From Pseudobacteriovorax sp. (GTDB lineage: Bacteria > Bdellovibrionota_B > Oligoflexia > Oligoflexales > Oligoflexaceae), in assembly GCA_050293845.1 (NCBI GenBank), contig JBNKNM010000115.1, positions 1-17,043 of the forward strand: 17,043 nucleotides of DNA. The letters are read 5' to 3'. The notes under the pieces were generated by a model that was not told the origin of the DNA, made no database searches, and worked only from the letters and a program-made list of their open reading frames with translations. Position numbers and translations under genes: made by a program. Within the stretch, counting starts at the first letter, position 1; every line of letters begins with the position of its first letter. Below, one piece after another: positions 1 to 6,781 of the stretch.

Positions 1-48
1 TTTGATTTGTTGTCTAAATGCAACTCGCAAGGGAGATAGCTTTCTTCC

Positions 49-75
49 TTAAGCTTATAGCTTATATTCCGATAA
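49..75 (+). promoter_or_regulatory. Putative sigma-28 (FliA) promoter upstream of the STAS-like gene
   Basis: TTAAGCTT(49-56)-N11-TCCGATAA(68-75) versus the extended sigma-28 consensus TAAAGTTT-N11-GCCGATAA. Spacing is exact, it lies ~35 nt before the start codon, and a near-identical element occurs at 788-814. Confidence 0.7.
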
Positions 76-109
76 GTAAGCTTAAATATAAAAGCCTTAT
101 TATGGACAA

Positions 110-604
110 GTGATGTCTGAAACAATTACGTTTTCTAACTTAGTTATCACCATTGAGAAGACGCCGCAGGAGGTGTGTTACACTTTTGTTGGTGAAGTTG
201 ACGAAAACTTTAGACATGATCAGGTGCCACGGGTCAAAGACTGCCAAATAAGGCTGATTCTCAAAGACATCAATCAATTCAACTCTGTAGGTATCAGAGA
301 GTGGATACATTTTATATCGGATATGAAGAAACGAGGAATATTGATTTTTCAGGAATGTTCTGTGGCGATCATCGATCAAATCAATATGATTCCTGATTCT
401 CTCGGCAATGGCAAAGTCGAAAGTTTTTTTGCCCCCTACTATTGTGAATGTGGTAAAGAAACAAACAAACTTATCATCACCAAAGATCATATCAACGAGC
501 TTAAACGATTGGTAGCCCCAAAATTCACTTGTGAATGTGGACAAACACTAGAATTTGATGCCTTAGAAGAAAGTTATTTTCAGTTTGTCGACAGCACTAG
601 ATAA
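110..604 (+). CDS. STAS-like (anti-anti-sigma fold) protein with C-terminal Cys4 putative Zn-binding module
   Basis: The N-terminal pattern 'FVGEVDE...LILKDINQFNSVGIREWIHF...CSVAIIDQINMI' matches the STAS pattern (GxxD; xSxG). The C-terminus has YYCECG...FTCECG...LEFDxxxESYFxF, typical of an uncharacterised family I recall from Myxococcota/Bdellovibrionota. Start is GTG110 or ATG113 (TGGA at 103-106). Confidence 0.75.
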   Translation: MMSETITFSNLVITIEKTPQEVCYTFVGEVDENFRHDQVPRVKDCQIRLILKDINQFNSVGIREWIHFISDMKKRGILIFQECSVAIIDQINMIPDSLGNGKVESFFAPYYCECGKETNKLIITKDHINELKRLVAPKFTCECGQTLEFDALEESYFQFVDSTR

Positions 605-666
605 TTGATCCACCCGAACACAGCTTCTGGCAGAAACACTGGTAACCACTCAAAAGAAAAAAGATA

Positions 667-706
667 TTAATCTAAATCAGAGGCAAAAGTCTCTGATTTA
701 GATTAA
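667..706. terminator. Long perfect inverted repeat (probable terminator or operator)
   Basis: TTAATCTAAATCAGAG(667-682) / CTCTGATTTAGATTAA(691-706) form 16 perfect bp, plus G.U and C-G pairs around an AAAA loop. It lies 62 nt downstream of the STAS gene stop. Confidence 0.55.
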
Positions 707-787
707 ATTATAAACTCGCTTTATCACGCAAGTGCTTAGCTGCAAAAAGGCTTTGCATTGATTTTTGCTATAAATTTCGCTCCTTAG

Positions 788-814
788 TTAAGCTTATAGT
801 TTTTATGCCGACAA
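788..814 (+). promoter_or_regulatory. Putative sigma-28 (FliA) promoter for cheA-cheW
   Basis: TTAAGCTT(788-795)-N11-GCCGACAA(807-814). Shares the 12-mer TTAAGCTTATAG with the site at 49-60. It sits upstream of chemotaxis genes, a classic sigma-28 target class. Confidence 0.75.
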
Positions 815-983
815 ATAGTTCAAGTATAAGTCCAATTAGGAAAAAGCAATGGCTAACAAGGAGAATCAGGGATTAGCAGCGCCGCCATCTAATTGTAAAT
901 AGGGATAAGTCTGGAACTTAAGGCTCTCGAAAAGAGTTACTTTCAGCATATCAATGGCATCTGCTATTTGCTATGGGAGAGGT

Positions 984-3458
984 ATGGAGAATGCCAGTAT
1001 GGATGCTTTGGTTAAAGCTAGCATCGCTTCACTGTTGAAAAAGATCATACCCGATCTTAAAAATCAGCTTGAGCAACTTCATGTGGACGAAGCTTTATCC
1101 CCCATCGATCTGGAAAAGCAATCTTATACCATTGCCGAAAGTTTGGAATTTCTCGAAATAATCTTGAAGTGGTATAAAAACCAGGTTCCTGATAAACATT
1201 CTCTTAATCAGAGCACCCCACAACTAGCACAGAGCACCGAATCCCAGCTTCATGACAACATCAATACTCCTACAACAGCACAACCTTTAAAAGGAGCAGC
1301 AGCTATGACTGACGATCATGATGAATTATCCGATGAAGAAGCGATGCGCTTATTGGCTGAAATGGAGGGTAGTGAAGAGCCAGCAGAGGCAACCACAGAA
1401 ATGTCCGATGAAGATGCGCAAAAAATGCTGGCAATGATGGACAGCCAAGATATTCCTGAAGCTACTACCACTCCCGGGAAGATGGATGATGAGGAAGCTC
1501 AACGAATGTTAGCAGAAATGGATAGTCCTCCTCCAGCAAAGGAGTCCGATGACCTCAGCGGTGAAGAAGAGGCGGAAGCTCTCTTAGCGCAGTTAGGAGG
1601 CAGGGAAGATTCGCCTCCCCCCCTTCCCACAAGTTCCAGCCAAGATTCACAAAAGCAGGATCAAGCCCCTGCTCTTTCTGGGGAAGACGCAGATCTGGGA
1701 ATTGAAGAGATAGAGGAATGGGAAGCCAATGACTTTCAAACCGATCCCGATATGATCAATGATTTTATTACCAACAGTGATGAAATTATGGAAAAGCTTG
1801 ATGAGATTATCATTCAACTCGAGCAGGACCCCCACAATAAAGAAATTATTGAAGAAATTTTCCGAGGTGCCCACACTTTAAAAGGCGCTGCGGGTATGTT
1901 TGGATATCGGGCCTTAGAACGCGTCATGCATCGAATGGAGAGTTTATTTGACCTTGTAAGAAAAAATAAGCTGACTCCAGATCCAGATATTATTGATATA
2001 GTATTTGACGGTCTTGACATGTTAAGAACCTTACTTAAAGCCGTGAAAGATGGAAAACCATGTGGTGTCAAGACAGCTTCCATTGTGAAAGCCTTGGAAT
2101 TAGCAGCCCAAGGTAAAGCTCCAAAGAAAAATGGCAGTTCCAAGATAGACTCAAAGCCTGCCGCAGATAATCAAGAGCATCACAACAAAGAGCCCGCTGC
2201 CAAAAAAAAGGAGCAATCCACAATCCGGGTCGATTTGGAGCGCTTGGATGTGTTAGTAAACCTAGTCGGAGAGTTGGTTATAGACCGCACAAGATTCGCC
2301 AGTATCGAGGAAGAGCTACGCACCAATTACCCCCATGTGGAACTCGGTGGCAGCTTTTCAGAAACGGTCCAACTATTTGGCCGGCATATGAATGAAATCC
2401 AAGATATTATCATGAAAGTCCGTATGGTCCCTATCGGCAATGCATTCAATAAGTTCTCCCGCATCGTCAGAGACCTTGCAAGATCTCTGGATAAAAAAAT
2501 CGATCTATTTATCAGCGGTGAAGCTGCTGAACTTGATAAAACTCTAGTGGAGCAAATCGGTGACCCCCTCATACATTTAATTAGAAATTCCTGTGATCAT
2601 GGTATAGAAGACCCCCATACCCGTAAGGCTGCTGGAAAATCACAAACCGGGAAAATACTTCTTTCTGCTCATCAAGAAGGAAATCACATTGTTATTAAGA
2701 TTGAAGATGATGGTAAAGGTATCCCTCTCGAGGTGATTCGCAGAAAAGGCATCGAAAAAGGTCTCATTTCGGAAGAGGAAGTCCTTGATAAGCGCGATAT
2801 CTTCAATCTGATTTTTGAACCTGGATTTTCTACCGCAGAAAAAGTAACCAACATTTCTGGCCGTGGTGTTGGTATGGATGTAGTAAAAAAGAATATTATG
2901 AAGTTAAAAGGGATGATCGAGATCGACAGCGAAATGGGTCGTGGCACGACGACAACGATTCGCCTTCCTCTAACCTTAGCAATTGTGCAAAGTTTGCTCG
3001 TACGCAGTAAAAATGAAACGTTTGCTATCCCGTTGAGTTCGGTTATAGAGTCTATCCGTATTTCCCCAACCGATATCCAGCGTGTTGGAGATACTGAAGT
3101 CTATAAATTACGCGATCGGGTACTGCCTTTAGTTCACTTGGATGAGGCTTTGGATTTATCTTCCAAAGTAGGAACTTACTCTGATCTCTTATCCCAGAAG
3201 AGGCGATTCAAGCGCTTGCGTGCCAACCAGGATCGACTTTTCGTAGTCGTAGTTGGTCATGCAGATCGACCAACGGGTATTGTAGTAGATCAACTTCTCA
3301 ATCAGCAAGAAATGGTTATTAAATCCATGGGAACCCTTATGAAAAATATTCCCTGTGTCGCTGGTGGTGCCGTTTTAGGACATGGAGAAGTAGTATTGGT
3401 TCTCGATATTCCTGAACTTGAAGAGGCGACGAAAGGTCGTCGCCCTACAGCTGCTTAG
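984..3458 (+). CDS. cheA: Chemotaxis histidine kinase CheA with long N-terminal extension, lacking P2
   Basis: HPT/P1 'EIFRGAHTLKGAAG' (His codon 1872); P3 'STIRVDLERLDVLVNLVGELVI'; P4 'DPLIHLIRNSCDHGIE', 'DDGKG', 'IFEPGFST', 'SGRGVGMDVVK'; P5 CheW-like 'LPLTLAI...QQEMVIK'. ORF is open from 954. Plausible starts are ATG984, ATG999 (GGAG 986-989) and ATG1305. Confidence 0.95.
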   Translation: MENASMDALVKASIASLLKKIIPDLKNQLEQLHVDEALSPIDLEKQSYTIAESLEFLEIILKWYKNQVPDKHSLNQSTPQLAQSTESQLHDNINTPTTAQPLKGAAAMTDDHDELSDEEAMRLLAEMEGSEEPAEATTEMSDEDAQKMLAMMDSQDIPEATTTPGKMDDEEAQRMLAEMDSPPPAKESDDLSGEEEAEALLAQLGGREDSPPPLPTSSSQDSQKQDQAPALSGEDADLGIEEIEEWEANDFQTDPDMINDFITNSDEIMEKLDEIIIQLEQDPHNKEIIEEIFRGAHTLKGAAGMFGYRALERVMHRMESLFDLVRKNKLTPDPDIIDIVFDGLDMLRTLLKAVKDGKPCGVKTASIVKALELAAQGKAPKKNGSSKIDSKPAADNQEHHNKEPAAKKKEQSTIRVDLERLDVLVNLVGELVIDRTRFASIEEELRTNYPHVELGGSFSETVQLFGRHMNEIQDIIMKVRMVPIGNAFNKFSRIVRDLARSLDKKIDLFISGEAAELDKTLVEQIGDPLIHLIRNSCDHGIEDPHTRKAAGKSQTGKILLSAHQEGNHIVIKIEDDGKGIPLEVIRRKGIEKGLISEEEVLDKRDIFNLIFEPGFSTAEKVTNISGRGVGMDVVKKNIMKLKGMIEIDSEMGRGTTTTIRLPLTLAIVQSLLVRSKNETFAIPLSSVIESIRISPTDIQRVGDTEVYKLRDRVLPLVHLDEALDLSSKVGTYSDLLSQKRRFKRLRANQDRLFVVVVGHADRPTGIVVDQLLNQQEMVIKSMGTLMKNIPCVAGGAVLGHGEVVLVLDIPELEEATKGRRPTAA
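1326..1601 (+). repeat. Four tandem acidic amphipathic helix repeats in the CheA N-terminal extension
   Basis: LSDEEAMRLLAEMEG / MSDEDAQKMLAMMDS / MDDEEAQRMLAEMDS / LSGEEEAEALLAQLGG at a ~24-27 aa period, separated by P/T/E-rich linkers. Also visible at DNA level (tccgatgaaga..gcg). Confidence 0.85.
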
Positions 3459-3473
3459 AAAGGAGATTGAACC

Positions 3474-4037
3474 TTGGCTGACTATTTAAAATCTAACCTA
3501 TCCCCTGATAGTAGTATGTTTGCCATAAGAGGGGACCTCGATGGAGGTAAAGATTCCCAAGGCTTTGCCGATGTGAAACAGTTTATCGGGCTTCTTATAG
3601 GTGACGAAGAGTTTTTACTTCCCATTGAAGTCATGAATGAAATCATCATGGTGCATCAACTAACCTACGTTCCCAGTGCTCCCAAATACATAGAAGGCGT
3701 CATTAACCTTAGAGGAACGATCCTACCAGCAATAAACTTAAGAAGTATGATGGGATATAAAACGGCTGAGCCCACCATGCATTCAAGAATCATCATTGCT
3801 CATATGGAAGATATATTAGTGGGACTTATTGTGGATGGCATAACCTATGTAGTTTCTCTGGGATCAGACGAACTACAGAACCAAACTCTTCCAGGAAAAG
3901 GACGGAGCTCAGAGCTAATTTTTGGAATTTCTAAGCGTGGAGATAAGGTAAATGGTATTCTTGATATCACAAAAATTATTTTCGAAACAGGATTTGACCC
4001 TCTTTCTAAATTAAACAATCAGGATGGAGTCAGTTAA
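3474..4037 (+). CDS. cheW: Chemotaxis coupling protein CheW
   Basis: 'LTYVPSAPKYIEGVINLRGTILPAINLR' and 'VGLIVDGI' CheW motifs. TTG start with AAAGGAG (3459-3465) 8 nt upstream; 15 nt after the cheA stop. Confidence 0.93.
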   Translation: MADYLKSNLSPDSSMFAIRGDLDGGKDSQGFADVKQFIGLLIGDEEFLLPIEVMNEIIMVHQLTYVPSAPKYIEGVINLRGTILPAINLRSMMGYKTAEPTMHSRIIIAHMEDILVGLIVDGITYVVSLGSDELQNQTLPGKGRSSELIFGISKRGDKVNGILDITKIIFETGFDPLSKLNNQDGVS

Positions 4038-4408
4038 CTCTCTATCCAAGCTATACTGAGCTTTTTCGACTCTAAGTCCCCTGCAACTGCTCTTCCAGGA
4101 AGCAAAACCAATATAATAATTTCTTATAAATTATGGTTATAAGGAAAGAAAATCTAACCCTTAAAATTTCATTCATATGCTCCCCCTTTCCTCCGATCAC
4201 AGATCTGTAATTGGGAAATTACCTAGAGGTTGTAAAACAAGAGTTCTAGAAGTTTTTTTATTTCTATTACTTTCCGGTATGAAACATATCCACCAGCTCC
4301 CGTGAGTTTGGTCCGATTATAAAGATGAGAGGTAAATTGCAGAAAGTGTTGCATTTTATTTTTCACACCGCCATTGTCGGTTGAGTGAAGGGGTAAAAGG
4401 AGGTTTTA

Positions 4409-5356
4409 ATGCAGCAAATGATGATCTTTCTTTTGTTAGGATTTATGGTGGTTACTAGTGAGGAGTTACAAGCGGAAAAGTTCGAATTTTATCAACCCAA
4501 CATGCTTCCTCTTAAGAAAAGCTCTTCCGCCAAACGCTACTTTAATCTCACAAAAATTAAAGTCAACCACTACAAACAAAGATATATCTATAAGGAAAGA
4601 TATACTATTGTAAAAAACCTTGTAAAGGCCAACCCTAGCTGGCTTGATGGCTATTGGATCTTCGCTAGCGAGGCCTTTCAGTTAGGGTCAACTTATGTGG
4701 ACGAGCGTGATCACCCCTTAGCCTTGAAAATTTTTGCTGAGGGAGAAGATGCGAGTAGAACTTGTCTCAATCAACAGCCTGAAAATCCACTTTGTAAGAT
4801 GTTTCTTGGGGCGAACATGGCTGCAGCAGCTACAATAAATGGTGTGGTTTCTTCTCTTCGTGACAGCAGCCAGATACTAGAACTTTGGCAAGAGGTATAC
4901 ACATCAAAAATCAACTACCAGTTTACTCCAGAAGTTTCATTGCAAGGCAGTGTACGTTATGCTCTGGGCCTTTTCTATCGTCTTGTGCCTAACTCTCGGG
5001 TACTGAGCTGGATCTTTGGGGTCAGTGGAGACATCGAACGTTCTGTCGAACTCCATAAGGAAGTGATAGCCATTGATGGGAAAACTCCCTGCGGTAATCT
5101 CATGCTTGCTGCAGCCATGATATGCCAGTTAGACGGTGACAATCAAGCACAAGAATTTAGCTATGCTTCCCAGTTGCTCGTTGAAGCACGAAGTATGGAT
5201 ACTCCAGATATGAATCAGGCTATTTGTAGAATGGGGAGTATGCACCTGGCCAACGATAAAAGTCTAGCATGTGGCTATACCACAGCTAAACAGCAAGACT
5301 CTGGAGAGCGTCACAGCCAGATCCTCCAAGGGCAACTTGATTTAAAATCTAGATAA
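4409..5356 (+). CDS. Secreted all-helical TPR-like protein (resembles TRAP-T TatT-type family)
   Basis: Hydrophobic N-terminus ending 'LQA-EK' (signal peptide); strong RBS AAAGGAGG; the pattern '[11 protein letters not shown]...[23 protein letters not shown]' is reminiscent of TatT/TPR proteins; six Cys, possibly disulfides. Family assignment is by recall. Confidence 0.55.
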   Translation: MQQMMIFLLLGFMVVTSEELQAEKFEFYQPNMLPLKKSSSAKRYFNLTKIKVNHYKQRYIYKERYTIVKNLVKANPSWLDGYWIFASEAFQLGSTYVDERDHPLALKIFAEGEDASRTCLNQQPENPLCKMFLGANMAAAATINGVVSSLRDSSQILELWQEVYTSKINYQFTPEVSLQGSVRYALGLFYRLVPNSRVLSWIFGVSGDIERSVELHKEVIAIDGKTPCGNLMLAAAMICQLDGDNQAQEFSYASQLLVEARSMDTPDMNQAICRMGSMHLANDKSLACGYTTAKQQDSGERHSQILQGQLDLKSR

Positions 5357-6536
5357 GTTGCTCGTGGTCTTTATCGACAAATTCACGATGCAGAACCCTT
5401 GTAAGTTCATCCACGTGATCTTCAGAGCAGAAAAGGCTCACTCGTAGCGGTGAGGTACTCATGGCTACAACCTCAATGTTAGCTTTTTTTGCCGCTACTC
5501 TTGCAAGCTGCAACTTGGCAGCATTTCCACCAATGCCATCTCCTACTACTGAAACCGCACCAACTCCCTCTAAAGCTTCAATATCTTGATTAAGCTGCTT
5601 ATATATTCCTTGCCAATCAGGAACATCGTCAAGGGCAAACCAGATGTCCGCAGACTCCATATCCGTATCCAAGTGTAAGGAAGGGACTTTAGCACGGGTA
5701 GCTATTTCCAAGACACAGTCCACACAGTCAGGTCCAGTGGCACGCAATCTTACCAACCGCTTCTGCCCAGTAACCCCCACGGCATCCACTTTTTCCCTGG
5801 CCCCCACAAGGTCAATACGGGTCCCTCCGCCTAACTTTCCTGTTGCACGGGCGTAAAGAGCCACACCAGTTCGACGTGCTATCTCAACGCAACCTGTATG
5901 CAGAACCTTTGCTCCATGGGCAGCTAATTCCAGCATCTCATCATGGGAAATGGCAGTGAGAAAATCCGCCTCCGATACGACCCGAGGATCACTCGTATAG
6001 ATACCATCAACATCGGAACATATTTCACAGTACTCCGCCCCTAGAGCCGCTGCTAAAGCTACAGCAGTGGTATCAGAACCACCACGCCCCAGAGTGGTAA
6101 CTTCACGCTTATAGGAAACCCCTTGAAAGCCTGCAACAATTACTATCTGCCCGCGTTCAAGTTCATCTTGTACCCGAATAGGACGTACTTCAATAATACG
6201 AGCTCCCGAATGACGATCATTGGTGATAATCCCACATTGGGACCCGGTGAGAGAGATGGCTTCCAAACCTAACTCATGAATAGCCATGGACAAAAGGGCC
6301 ATAGAGGCTCGCTCCCCGCACGACAAAAGCATGTCAAGCTCTCGCCGAGAGGGAGATTGTGAAATTTCCTTTGCTTTTTGCAGCAGTTCATTAGTGGTTT
6401 TACCCATAGCAGAAACAACAACGACAAGCTGTTTTCCCTCGGATGCTGTGGCAGCAACACGCTTGGCAACACGCTTAATTGCCGTAGCATTCGTTAAAGA
6501 AGAACCACCATATTTTTGGACCACGACTGGCTTCAC
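5349..6536 (-). CDS. lysC: Aspartate kinase (monofunctional, AK-II/alpha-beta type)
   Basis: 'VVQKYGGSS', 'VVVSAMG', 'VAGFQG', '[16 protein letters not shown]', '[12 protein letters not shown]', 'GAKVLH'; two C-terminal ACT-like segments. GTG start with GAGGAG RBS. Its 3' end overlaps the convergent gene by 8 bp. Confidence 0.93.
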   Translation of the reverse strand: MKPVVVQKYGGSSLTNATAIKRVAKRVAATASEGKQLVVVVSAMGKTTNELLQKAKEISQSPSRRELDMLLSCGERASMALLSMAIHELGLEAISLTGSQCGIITNDRHSGARIIEVRPIRVQDELERGQIVIVAGFQGVSYKREVTTLGRGGSDTTAVALAAALGAEYCEICSDVDGIYTSDPRVVSEADFLTAISHDEMLELAAHGAKVLHTGCVEIARRTGVALYARATGKLGGGTRIDLVGAREKVDAVGVTGQKRLVRLRATGPDCVDCVLEIATRAKVPSLHLDTDMESADIWFALDDVPDWQGIYKQLNQDIEALEGVGAVSVVGDGIGGNAAKLQLARVAAKKANIEVVAMSTSPLRVSLFCSEDHVDELTRVLHREFVDKDHEQLI

Positions 6537-6781
6537 TCTAACTCCTCGCCTTAATATCCGCTAAAACTTACTAGGTCGCAAACCGCCATCATGAAATTAT
6601 CTGGCGATTCGCACCAGAGTTTTAAGGATTTAAATAGTGATAGCTTCTAGAATCATTACAGAAAGTCAGCTTCCTTCATGGGGAACCTGGAGATAATCTT
6701 ACGCCCCTATAAATTTTCTCATCTTTTAGACGCAACAAACGATGAAGCTAATGAACAACGACAACGAATAGAAAATATTAT

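Noticed and set aside
140..544. 134-aa minus-strand ORF
   Set aside because: Fully antisense to the STAS-like gene, which has family motifs and a promoter.
1647..2947. Several minus-strand ORFs within cheA (likewise short ORFs inside lysC, the hybrid kinase, hemF, the PQQ dehydrogenase, ilvA and ilvD)
   Set aside because: Shadow or alternate-frame ORFs over well-supported genes.
4173..4319. Two TCCGAT sigma-28-like -10 boxes upstream of the TPR gene
   Set aside because: No acceptable -35 element at the 11-nt spacing.
6537..6781. Lysine riboswitch upstream of lysC
   Set aside because: No L-box consensus elements seen; only a short hairpin at 6600-6618.
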